From contig JAOUEV010000034.1 of assembly GCA_029858565.1 (NCBI GenBank), positions 1 to 37,843 on the forward strand: a stretch of DNA of 37,843 bases, in the 5' to 3' direction. A program made the translations under genes and the position numbers. Below are positions 12,031-20,734 of the stretch, piece by piece. Each line of letters begins with the position of its first letter. Position 1 is the first letter of the stretch. This stretch comes from Nitrospirota bacterium. Its GTDB lineage: Bacteria; Nitrospirota; UBA9217. The notes below the pieces were generated by a model. It was given only the letters and a program-made list of their open reading frames with translations. It was not told where the DNA came from and did no database searches.

Positions 12031-12107
12031 AGTGCGGAATTAAGACAGCAACATATTCAACTGCATAGCTCTTTTCACTCCGCACTCCGCACTCGCCACT
12101 CCGCACT
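12031..12107. repeat. Heptamer tandem array (CACTCCG)n with a single inverted copy
   Basis: CACTCCG CACTCCG CACTCGC CACTCCG CACT at 12076-12107, and an inverted AGTGCGGA at 12031-12038. Confidence 0.85.
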
Positions 12108-12111
12108 GATG

Positions 12112-12869
12112 TTAGTCCGCCGTGATCGGCCCTACCGCGCTCCCGGTGATGAACTGTTTGACAATGGGATTCGTGGTGTTCCGGATCTCGTCGGGCGTTC
12201 CGATCTCCTGGATCTCGCCCTTGTACAGCATGGCGATCCGGTCCGATATCTTGTAGGCGCTGTGCATGTCGTGGGTATCGCCACGGACGTCACGCCGAGC
12301 TTCTTCCGGAGGTCAACGATCAGATCGTTGATCGCGTCAGCGGTGATCGGGTCGAGGCCCGTTGTCGGCTCGTCGTAGAGAATGATCTCGGCGTCCATGG
12401 CAATTGCCCGGGCAAGGCCGACGCGCTTCCGCATGCCGCCGGACAGGTCCACGGGCATCTTGTCCTCGACGTTCTTGAGGCCCACCAGCGCCAGCTTTTC
12501 CGTGGCAATGGCCCGGATCTCCTTGTCCGAAAGCTTGGTATGCTGCTTCAGGCCGAACCCCACGTTCTCCCAGACCGTGAGCGAATCGAAAAGCGCGGCC
12601 ATCTGGAACAGCATGCCGAACTTTTTTCTGAGCTCGTTGAGCTGGTGCTCGTCAAGGTTGTTCAGCGTCTGGCCGGCAACCTTCACCTCGCCCTTGTCCG
12701 GGAACAGCAGGCCGATGATATGCTTCATCAGCACACTCTTGCCGCTGCCGCTGCCGCCGATCACGGTCATGCTCTCGCCCTTGTTCACCGTGAGATTGAC
12801 GCCGCGCAGCACCTGAAAACTGCCGAAGCTCTTGTGAAGGTTGGTGATCTCGATCATCGTTTCGGTCAT
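12112..12869 (-). pseudogene. mlaF: MlaF-type ABC ATPase with a 1-nt frameshift near 12277 (pseudogene or sequencing error)
   Basis: Walker A GGSGSGKS, LSGGMRKRV and YDEPT are in the first frame. After VTSVAI the conserved tail THDMHSAYKISDRIAMLYKGEI...GPITAD* is in another frame ending at TAA 12112-12114. Confidence 0.85.
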
Positions 12870-12873
12870 TGGA

Positions 12874-13644
12874 TCACCACAAGAGCGCGGACAAGAAGTA
12901 GTCCAGTATCAGGATCAGCATGCACGAAACCACCACGGCACCCGTCGTGGCCTTGCCCACGCCCTCGGCGCCGCCCTCGGTATTGAAGCCCTTGTAGCAT
13001 CCGATCAGGCCGACGACCGCGCCGAACACCAGGGATTTGATCAGGCCGTACCAGATGTCCTCGACCTGCGTGTTGTTGATGCTCTGGTTGATATAGGTGA
13101 CCGGATTGGTGCCCAGCACCTTGACGCCGACGAAATACCCTCCCAGGATGCCGATGTACATGCCCAGACCCGAGAGAAAGAACATCATGATCGTGCTTGC
13201 CAGGAACCGGGGCACGACCAGGTATTTCATGGGATTCGTGGCCATGGTGTAAAGCGCGTCGATCTGTTCGGTCACCCGCATGGTCCCGAGCTCGGCAGCC
13301 ATGGCCGCGCCCGCCCTGCCCGCCACCATCAGGCCCGTGAGCACCGGCCCCAGTTCCCGGGTCATGGAAAGCGATACGACCGCGCCGATGAGCGACTGCG
13401 CTCCGAAGCGTTTGAATCCCGTGTAGCTCTGAAGCGCCAGCACCATGCCCGTCGAGATGGCCGTGGTCAACACCACCGGCACGGAATTAACGCCGATCTG
13501 CTCCATCTGCTTCAGCAGGTTCTTGAGATAGAAGGGGCTGCTCACGGTCCAGCGCAGCGTCTGGCCGAGAAAGATGATGACCGCGCCCATCTCGCGTATA
13601 AAGGACGAGGTCTTTTTGCCTATCAGTTCGAGCCAGGTGATCAT
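12874..13644 (-). CDS. mlaE: MlaE-family ABC permease
   Basis: RELGPVLTGLMVAGRAGAAMAAELGTMRVTEQIDAL and GAEGVGKATT motifs. Start set at ATG 13644, since the longer ORF extension is repeat-derived. Confidence 0.93.
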   Translation of the reverse strand: MITWLELIGKKTSSFIREMGAVIIFLGQTLRWTVSSPFYLKNLLKQMEQIGVNSVPVVLTTAISTGMVLALQSYTGFKRFGAQSLIGAVVSLSMTRELGPVLTGLMVAGRAGAAMAAELGTMRVTEQIDALYTMATNPMKYLVVPRFLASTIMMFFLSGLGMYIGILGGYFVGVKVLGTNPVTYINQSINNTQVEDIWYGLIKSLVFGAVVGLIGCYKGFNTEGGAEGVGKATTGAVVVSCMLILILDYFLSALLW

Positions 13645-13757
13645 AAGTAACCAGTGATCAAGCAATAAGCGGTAAGCAACAAGTTCCGAACAAAAACTGC
13701 GACTTGTCGGTAACTGCTGTTTTGTTAATCCGCAATCCGCAATCCGAGATCCGCAAT
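13644..13757. repeat. Two different heptamer tandem arrays in the alr-mlaE gap
   Basis: CAAGCAA TAAGCGG TAAGCAA CAAG (13659-13683) and AATCCGC AATCCGC AATCCGA GATCCGC AAT (13727-13757). Confidence 0.8.
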
Positions 13758-14921
13758 TTAGACATAACTTCTCGGCACCCTGCTGCTGATGCCGCACAAC
13801 ACCTCATAGGAGATGGTGCCCGTCCTGGACGCGATCTCGTCCGCGGTGATGCGCTCCTTTTCCTGGGAACCGATCGCGACCACATCGTCGCCTTCGGCCA
13901 CCCCGGGAACATCGGTCACATCGAGCATGGTCATGTCCATACAGACCCTGCCCGCGACCGCCGCGCGTTGTCCGCGCACCAGCATCTCGCCCCGGTTCGA
14001 CAGACCCCGGCGGTAACCGTCAGCATAGCCGAGGGGAACTGTCGCGATGAGGCTCTCGCGCTTTGTCACAAAGGTCCGGCCGTAGCTCACCGGGGTTCCG
14101 GCGGGAAGTTTTTTGAGAAAAGCGATCCGCGTCCTGAGGGAGAGGACGGGTCTCAGGCCTGCATCGACGCCGCTCTCCAGGGGGTTGCATCCATAGAGCA
14201 TGATCCCCGGCCGCACCATTGTGAACAATGCCCGATCATACTCAAGCACGGCTGCGCTGTTCGCCGCATGGCGGAGAGGGACCGAGACGCCGCGCTCTTC
14301 AATGGCCCGGAGGAACTTTTCGAACCGGTCCATCTGCGCGGCCGCGAACTGTTTGTCCCGGAGGTCGGCATCGGCAAAGTGCGTCATGACGCCTTCCACG
14401 ACAATACCCGGAAGACCGGCTATCACAGGAACAAGGTCCGCGGCATCCTCGGGTGACATGCCGAGCCTGCCCATACCCGTATCCACCTTCACATGCACCG
14501 GCTGCGACACGCCGGCCTTGACCGCCGCTTCAGACAGAGCGCGCGCCAGGGGAGCGTTGAAGACGACCGGCGTCAGCCCTGCTTCGATGACCGCTTCCGC
14601 CTGCCCGGGAAAGACCGGGCTCATCACCAGGATGGGCTGCGAGATCCCCGCCCTGCGCAGTTCGATGCCTTCCTCCACCAGCGCAACACCGAACATGGCG
14701 ACGCCGAGATCGGCAAGTCTTCTGGACACGGCAACTGCGCCGTGACCGTAGGCCTGGGCCTTTACCATGGCCAGGACCTTCCGACCTCTGATCCGCGCAC
14801 AGACCTCGGCATAGTTGTGTGCCAGCGCGTCGAGATCGATCGTGGCCACCGTCGGCCTGCCGGCGCCGCCGCCCGGGACTTCTGCGAGTACGGCCTCCCG
14901 GTCAGTGGATGGTGCTCTCAT
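13758..14921 (-). CDS. alr: Alanine racemase
   Basis: MVKAQAYGHG (PLP Lys), HVKVDTGMGRLG, GYADG and GRVCMD motifs. Start at ATG 14921 with an AGGAG RBS. Confidence 0.97.
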   Translation of the reverse strand: MRAPSTDREAVLAEVPGGGAGRPTVATIDLDALAHNYAEVCARIRGRKVLAMVKAQAYGHGAVAVSRRLADLGVAMFGVALVEEGIELRRAGISQPILVMSPVFPGQAEAVIEAGLTPVVFNAPLARALSEAAVKAGVSQPVHVKVDTGMGRLGMSPEDAADLVPVIAGLPGIVVEGVMTHFADADLRDKQFAAAQMDRFEKFLRAIEERGVSVPLRHAANSAAVLEYDRALFTMVRPGIMLYGCNPLESGVDAGLRPVLSLRTRIAFLKKLPAGTPVSYGRTFVTKRESLIATVPLGYADGYRRGLSNRGEMLVRGQRAAVAGRVCMDMTMLDVTDVPGVAEGDDVVAIGSQEKERITADEIASRTGTISYEVLCGISSRVPRSYV

Positions 14922-15096
14922 TGATCTCCTCGAAGGCGTTCGAAGCGGGCAGGACCTCGATCTTGTCAAAGGACTGAGCGCAATCCATGCACTCCCAGTG
15001 GTGGATGGTCCAGAACTCATTGTCCAGTTCCAGGCTGTAATCGTCCTCCTGGAACAGATTCGTCCCGCCGCAGAACGGACACATGATCGGTTCCAT
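14902..15096 (-). CDS. Small acidic CxxC...CxxC (zinc-ribbon-like) protein
   Basis: MEPIMCPFCGG...WECMDCAQSF. GGAG RBS before ATG 15096 (alternative start 15129). Overlaps the alr start by 20 nt. Confidence 0.7.
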   Translation of the reverse strand: MEPIMCPFCGGTNLFQEDDYSLELDNEFWTIHHWECMDCAQSFDKIEVLPASNAFEEINESTIH

Positions 15097-15237
15097 ATTC
15101 GGTCTCCGATGTTCTTCGCTCGTGCTCATAATACGGTGAAAAACACGCGAATTTCACTTTGGCCTGCGATTTTCCAGAACTTTATCACAGCGCTATTCCT
15201 TTTGCAAAATAATTCTGGCCGCATTGGTCCGCGTGAG

Positions 15238-16410
15238 TCACGGAGCAAGCAGGACCTTCCGCATCGCCTTGATGAGCCCTTTGTTCTCTCTCCTGGTGCG
15301 CACCGCGATCCGGATAAACCGTTCATTGAGACCGGGGAAGGAAGAGCAGTCCCGCACCAGAAAGCCCTGTTCGCCGAGCCGCTTGACCAGCGCAGCGGGC
15401 TCGCCCTTGACCATCTTGAAGAGAATGAAGTTCGCCGCCGCGGGAAAGGGCTCGATCCCGGGCAGCAGCCGGAGCTGGTCCCTGAGCCACTCCCGTTCAG
15501 TTTCTACCAGTTCCCTGGTCTTGCGGATATGCCCCCAATCCCCGAGCGCGGCAATGGCAGCTCCTTCGGCGGGAACACTGACGGTCCAGGGTTCCTGGTG
15601 CCGCCGCAGACCGGCGATGAGTTGATCCTCGGCAACAGCGTACCCTACCCGGAGGCCCGGCAGTCCGAAGAACTTGGTGAACGCCCGAAGACAGATAACG
15701 TTGGGAAAGCCGGTGATCTCCTTCAGCACAGACTCCCGCTCCTCAAAATCCATGAATGCCTCGTCCACGACCAGCAGCACCCCTTCTCTCGCGGCGTAAC
15801 CGGCGATCTCAAGCATATCGCCGCGGGTGACGAGCCCTCCGGTCGGGTTGTTCGGATTACAGAGGAATGCCATGTCCATGCCTTTGAGCGCAAAGGCCAT
15901 CTCCACGGGATCGATCCGGAATCCGGTCTTTTCGGTCAGCAGCAGGGGCACGACCTCACCGCCGGAGTCCTCGACCGCCGCCCCGTACTCCGTAAAGGTA
16001 GGCCGGGGGATCAGGACGCGCCGCGGCCGAAATGCACGGGGGATGAGATGTATGAGCCCGTTGGACCCGCCCCCGCACAGGACCTGACCGGTCCGTATGC
16101 CGAAGTAGCGGGCGATCGCCTTGCGGAGCTCCTCCGCATCGGGGTCCGGATACCGGTCCAGACGGTCCAGACAACGCTTCACCGCGCTCCTGGCAGCGCG
16201 CGACGGTCCCAGGGGATTCACATTGGAGCTGAAGTCCACCAGGTCCTTTTCCCGCAGATCGAAGCGCTGTGCTGCTTCCCGCAGGTTACCGCCGTGGATA
16301 CGCGGGGCTTTCTCTCCTACAATGGGTGCGTTTACGCACTCGTCAACGATCACTGCCGGATCTTGCACGATCTCATACCTTATGGCCTTTCCAGAAATCC
16401 AACCAACCAC
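15238..16410 (-). CDS. Threonine-phosphate decarboxylase CobD / HisC-like PLP aminotransferase (start uncertain, probably downstream of 16410)
   Basis: HGGN, DFSSNVNPLG, YPDP, CNPNNPTG, VVDEAFMDF and FTKFFGLPGLRVGY motifs. The HGGN/DFS.N.NP pattern is typical of CobD. Confidence 0.8.
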   Translation of the reverse strand: MVGWISGKAIRYEIVQDPAVIVDECVNAPIVGEKAPRIHGGNLREAAQRFDLREKDLVDFSSNVNPLGPSRAARSAVKRCLDRLDRYPDPDAEELRKAIARYFGIRTGQVLCGGGSNGLIHLIPRAFRPRRVLIPRPTFTEYGAAVEDSGGEVVPLLLTEKTGFRIDPVEMAFALKGMDMAFLCNPNNPTGGLVTRGDMLEIAGYAAREGVLLVVDEAFMDFEERESVLKEITGFPNVICLRAFTKFFGLPGLRVGYAVAEDQLIAGLRRHQEPWTVSVPAEGAAIAALGDWGHIRKTRELVETEREWLRDQLRLLPGIEPFPAAANFILFKMVKGEPAALVKRLGEQGFLVRDCSSFPGLNERFIRIAVRTRRENKGLIKAMRKVLLAP

Positions 16411-16544
16411 GAACTCACACGGAGACGAACGAGTGATACGGCAAATGCGTTATCCGATCGTGTGTCCTTTTCATCCGTGACCGTCCGCGGAAACTTGTTA
16501 TCGCCCTTCATGTTGCGATCTGCATTCCCCTTTCAGCATTTCCA

Positions 16545-18299
16545 TTACAGTTCCGCGACCAGATCCGGGAAACGGTCGCGCATGAACGCAGTCGCCGCGC
16601 TTCGTGCCAGTTCTGAGGTCGGCTGGCGCATGACCAGGTCCGCGAGCTCCACCGCATCCTCCATGCGCACCGAGCGGATGACCTTCTTCACCCAGGGGAT
16701 CGACGCGACGTTCATGCTGAGCGTTCGGAACCCGAGCCCCAGCAGGATCGCTGCATACTGGGGATCGCCGGCCATCTCTCCGCACATGGCAAGGGAGATC
16801 TTCGCCTCGTGGGCGGACAGCGATACCCGCTGCAGCAGCCGGAGGACCGCGGGTTCGAGCGGTTCATACATGAACGCGACATGTTCGTTGCCGCGGTCGA
16901 TGGCAAGGGTGTACTGGATCAGATCGTTGGTGCCGACGCTGAAGAAATCCGCTTCCTGTGCCAGCAGGTCAGACACCATGGCTGCCGAGGGGATCTCGAT
17001 CATCACGCCAACCTGGATATGGTCGTCAAACGGCGCGCCTTCTGAACGGAGTTCATGCTTCACTTCGCTGATCAAGGCCTTGGTCTCCCGCAGCTCCCGC
17101 AGTCCCGAGATCATGGGCACCAGGATCCTGATCTTGCCATGGGCCGACGCCCGCAACAGTCCCCGGAGCTGCGTCCGGAAGATGTCCTTCTGGTTCAGGC
17201 AGAAGCGAATTGCCCTGAGGCCGAGCGCTGGATTGGGCTCCTTCTCGTGGAACCCGGGCAGACCGACCTTGTCTCCTCCCACATCGAGCGTCCGTATCAC
17301 GACCTCGTGGGGCGCTGCGCGTTCCACGACGTGACGGTATGCCTGGTAGTGCTGGTCCTCGGTCGGCAGTGCATCCTTGTTCAGGAACAGGAACTCGGTC
17401 CGGTAGAGACCGATCCCGATGCCGCCATGGTCCGCGACCGTGGCGACCTCCTCGGGAAGCTCGATATTGCCCTGCAGGTGGACCTGGTGGCCGTCCAGCG
17501 TCTCGGCCGGCAGTTCCCGGAGTTTGAACAGCTCCTGTTCGAAATACTTGTACCGCCGCTGTTTCTTGAGGTAATCGAGGAACGTCTCCTCATCGGGATC
17601 CACAATGACGACGCCATGAATGCCGTCAAGGATGACAACGTCGCCGGTCTTGACCGCGCCGGTGATCTTCTCCAAACCGACGGCGGCAGGGATGCCGATG
17701 GAGCGCGCGATAATGGCGGTGTGGGACGTGCGGCTGCCCGCATCGGTGGCGAATCCCAGGATCTTGTCCTTGCGCATGACCAGGGTGTCGGTCGGAGCGA
17801 GGTCGTGGGCGATGATGACCGCGTCCTCGCTGATCTCGGAGAGACTTTCCTGTTTTTTCCCCGTGAGGTTCCTGAGGACGCGCTGGGCCACCTGCTCCAC
17901 ATCATGCTTCCGCTCCCGCAGGTATTCATCCTCGATGGCGTCGAACTTGCGGGCGATCGTGTCTATGGTCTCGCGCAGAGCTCCCTCGGCATTGATCTGG
18001 GCGTCCTTGATGCGCTTGATGGTCCCTTCCACCAGCATCTTGTCCTCAAGCAGCATAATGTGCGTGTCCAGGATGTAGCGGTGGGATTTGCCCACGTCCC
18101 GGGTGAACCGCTTCCGGATCTCGTCGATCTGCGCCTTGGAGACCTCGAGCGCCTTCTTGAACCGCGCGATCTCGTTCTTGACGTTCACGTCCTCGATCGG
18201 ACGGCCCGCGACAACAACCTTCCTGCGGTCCAGCAGGAAGACCCTGCCGATCACGATGCCCGGTGAAGCGCCTATGCCGTTGAATATTTTTTCGGTCAT
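16545..18299 (-). CDS. ptsI: PTS enzyme I
   Basis: GSRTSHTAI (phospho-His), GLYRTEF, NPALGLRAIR, SVGTNDLIQY and CGEMAG motifs. Confidence 0.98.
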   Translation of the reverse strand: MTEKIFNGIGASPGIVIGRVFLLDRRKVVVAGRPIEDVNVKNEIARFKKALEVSKAQIDEIRKRFTRDVGKSHRYILDTHIMLLEDKMLVEGTIKRIKDAQINAEGALRETIDTIARKFDAIEDEYLRERKHDVEQVAQRVLRNLTGKKQESLSEISEDAVIIAHDLAPTDTLVMRKDKILGFATDAGSRTSHTAIIARSIGIPAAVGLEKITGAVKTGDVVILDGIHGVVIVDPDEETFLDYLKKQRRYKYFEQELFKLRELPAETLDGHQVHLQGNIELPEEVATVADHGGIGIGLYRTEFLFLNKDALPTEDQHYQAYRHVVERAAPHEVVIRTLDVGGDKVGLPGFHEKEPNPALGLRAIRFCLNQKDIFRTQLRGLLRASAHGKIRILVPMISGLRELRETKALISEVKHELRSEGAPFDDHIQVGVMIEIPSAAMVSDLLAQEADFFSVGTNDLIQYTLAIDRGNEHVAFMYEPLEPAVLRLLQRVSLSAHEAKISLAMCGEMAGDPQYAAILLGLGFRTLSMNVASIPWVKKVIRSVRMEDAVELADLVMRQPTSELARSAATAFMRDRFPDLVAEL

Positions 18300-18312
18300 G
18301 CCATGGTTCCTG

Positions 18313-18409
18313 ATTTCGGATTTCGGATTGCGGATTGCGGATTAAAAACAATTCGCCCTGATACGTGGGTTGATGTCAATCCGCAATCCGCAATCGGCAA
18401 ATCCGCAGT
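18313..18409. repeat. Inverted pair of heptamer tandem arrays (long hairpin)
   Basis: ATTTCGG ATTTCGG ATTGCGG ATTGCGG ATT (18313-18343), a 34-nt spacer, then AAT CCGCAAT CCGCAAT CGGCAAAT CCGCAGT (18378-18409). Confidence 0.9.
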
Positions 18410-18414
18410 TGGGA

Positions 18415-18684
18415 TCATTCTTTTTCCCCGAACTTGTCCTTGAACAGCCGTTCCATCCCCGCAAGCGCCTGGTCCTCATCTGCCCCGTCCACCAGGACCA
18501 TCACCGTGCTGCCCTTGGCCGCCGCCAGCATCATGATGCCCATGATGCTCTTTCCGTCAACATCGATGCCGTCCTTGGACAGCGAAATGCTCGCGCCGAA
18601 CGCGCTGGCGGTCTTCACGATCTGCGCCGCCGCCCGTGCGTGCAGCCCCAGCTTGTTCTCGATCAGCAGTTCCTTTTTCTTCAT
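18415..18684 (-). CDS. ptsH: Phosphocarrier protein HPr
   Basis: NKLGLHARAAA (His15) and GKSIMGIMML (Ser46). Start at ATG 18684. Confidence 0.97.
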   Translation of the reverse strand: MKKKELLIENKLGLHARAAAQIVKTASAFGASISLSKDGIDVDGKSIMGIMMLAAAKGSTVMVLVDGADEDQALAGMERLFKDKFGEKE

Positions 18685-18688
18685 CCCT

Positions 18689-19459
18689 TCAGATCCCCCC
18701 AAGTGCGAGTAAAAGACAGACAATGCCCAGCCCCATCATGAGCTTCAACGGAGACCACCCCCGGCGGAACAGGGCTGCGAGCCCCAGTGCGATCGTGAGC
18801 GATGCAAGCGTGATCCCCGGGACCGGGACCGGCATGCGCAGCTCCGGACGCCAGAGTGTGATCGTTCCGACGATGCCGCCCAGGACCGCCAGGGAAAGCA
18901 CCTTGAACAACCGGGCCACCTGCGCGAAATTGAACCTTGCCATGAGCGCCACCACATCCCCGCGCAGAGCGTAGCCGGCAAAGACCAGACCGCCGCGAAA
19001 GCCGATATGAACGACGTTATACAGTGCCAGATAGAGCAGCGGCGCCCACCAGCTCCCGTCAAAGAGCGTCGCCACAGCGATGACCGCGGCAAGCGGTTTG
19101 AGCGAACCCCAAAAGAAGCTGTCTCCCAAGGCTCCCAGGGGAGCCATCAGGCTCCGCTTGACCTCCCCGGCATCAGCGCCCGGGTCACGTCCCGTCGCGC
19201 GGTCCTCTTCGATCCGCGCCGCGGCGCCGAGAATGAACGAGGCCATGTAGGGCTGGGTGTTGAAATAGTCCATGTGCGCCGCAAGCCGCGCCGAGAACTC
19301 CTGACGGTCGGGATAGAGCCGCCGGAGCACCGGGATGAGCGCGAAGGCGAATCCCAGGGACTGCATCCGGGCGTAGCTCCAGGACGCCTGGATGAAGAAG
19401 GACCTCCAGAACACGCCGAGCAGATCAACGGTGCGCACCCTGCGAAGTTCATCTGCCAT
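18689..19459 (-). CDS. PTS mannose/fructose/sorbose family EIID
   Basis: RSFFIQASWSYARMQSLGF, YFNTQP and LMAPLGALGDSFFW motifs. Start at ATG 19459. Confidence 0.92.
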   Translation of the reverse strand: MADELRRVRTVDLLGVFWRSFFIQASWSYARMQSLGFAFALIPVLRRLYPDRQEFSARLAAHMDYFNTQPYMASFILGAAARIEEDRATGRDPGADAGEVKRSLMAPLGALGDSFFWGSLKPLAAVIAVATLFDGSWWAPLLYLALYNVVHIGFRGGLVFAGYALRGDVVALMARFNFAQVARLFKVLSLAVLGGIVGTITLWRPELRMPVPVPGITLASLTIALGLAALFRRGWSPLKLMMGLGIVCLLLALGGI

Positions 19460-20216
19460 CGATACGCTCCCCGAGCCATCCGCTGGCCACGGCCAGCAGG
19501 ATCGCGGCCAGAACGGGAATATGCAGCAGCTGTACCGCCACGGCCCCCACGCAAAAACCGATGACCAGCGTCCGGTCCACGGTGGTGAACGACAGCTTCC
19601 GGGAAACCGATGCCACACCCAACAGGGGCAAAAAAGTTATAAAGAGCATCATCGCCCGGTGCAGGAAGGGCGGCAGACCGATGAACCATTTCACGGCGAC
19701 CAGACCGCAGGTCACCAGGCCCAGGCAGAGCATGAAGGACTTAAGGAGGAACGCGATCAGTCCGGCCAGATGCCACCCGGTCGCGCTCGCCTCCGTGGGC
19801 AGCCCGGTACTGCCGAGCACCAGCTCGGGGATCTTCGCATTGCGCTGCCTCATCAGCTGGTCGGCGTACATGGTCGCCGGTGCCATGATCACGGTCAACA
19901 ACAGGCTGAAGCCCATGACCGGGACGTTCCCCGGCTCGCCGGCGCCCAGAACGGCGATCCCCGTGGCCGAGACCGCGAACACGGTCGAGTCCGCCGGAAC
20001 AAAGGTCCCGATCGGCATGTCGAGCACCCAGATCAGTTCGAGGATCCCGCCGATTATCAGGCCGGTCACCGCGTCTCCCAGGAACCACCCGGTCAGGGAG
20101 GCTGCCACGATCGGCTGTGAAATCATGAACTGTCCCAGGGCCGTTCGGTCAAGGCCGATCAGCCCGCCGAGAAGCGAGACCTGAAGAACATGGATGATCG
20201 TCTGCTGATCGAACAT
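19449..20216 (-). CDS. PTS mannose/fructose/sorbose family EIIC
   Basis: DRTALGQFMISQPIV and G..LELIW...PIGTFVP motifs. Start at ATG 20216. Confidence 0.88.
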   Translation of the reverse strand: MFDQQTIIHVLQVSLLGGLIGLDRTALGQFMISQPIVAASLTGWFLGDAVTGLIIGGILELIWVLDMPIGTFVPADSTVFAVSATGIAVLGAGEPGNVPVMGFSLLLTVIMAPATMYADQLMRQRNAKIPELVLGSTGLPTEASATGWHLAGLIAFLLKSFMLCLGLVTCGLVAVKWFIGLPPFLHRAMMLFITFLPLLGVASVSRKLSFTTVDRTLVIGFCVGAVAVQLLHIPVLAAILLAVASGWLGERIDGR

Positions 20217-20241
20217 AAGCACCCGCGCCGGTCGTTCCGGC

Positions 20242-20730
20242 CTACGTCCCCAGGCAGAGCCGGAACACCCGGTCCAGCGGCTGGGGCTTTTCACTCGGAA
20301 CGGTCTGTATCTCGACCTTGATCCCCCGGTCCATGATCTCCTTGAGCGCCGCGAGATCCGTCTCGTCCACGGCAAGAACGTCCATGATCTTGCGCTTGCC
20401 GGGCACGAAATGCAGGCCGCCGACGTTCACACGGGAGCAGGACAGGCCTTCCTTGAGCGACCGCAGCACATCATCGGGATTCGAGAAGAGCAGGATCGTC
20501 CGCTCCTCCTCAGGGATCCCTTCCCGGAGCTTCGCGCAGATCTCCTTCACCGTGCCGATAACCACTTTAAGTCCCGGGGGCACCGAGATCTCCATGATGG
20601 AGCGCTGGAGCGGATTCGCGGCGATCTTGTCGTCTGCCACCATGATGCACGTGGCCTTCAGAAAGTTCACCCATCCCTCGACGACCTGTCCATGGATCAG
20701 CCGGTCGTCTATGCGCGCCAGGATGACCAT
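20242..20730 (-). CDS. PTS mannose/sorbose family EIIB
   Basis: RIDDRLIHGQV (phospho-His) and VNVGG motifs. Confidence 0.95.
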   Translation of the reverse strand: MVILARIDDRLIHGQVVEGWVNFLKATCIMVADDKIAANPLQRSIMEISVPPGLKVVIGTVKEICAKLREGIPEEERTILLFSNPDDVLRSLKEGLSCSRVNVGGLHFVPGKRKIMDVLAVDETDLAALKEIMDRGIKVEIQTVPSEKPQPLDRVFRLCLGT

Positions 20731-20734
20731 CGGG

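Noticed and set aside
14815-17334. 839-aa plus-strand ORF
   Set aside because: Antisense shadow across alr, the Zn-ribbon gene, the cobD-like gene and ptsI. It has no recognisable motifs and Arg/Ser/Pro-rich composition, as expected from GC-rich codon bias.
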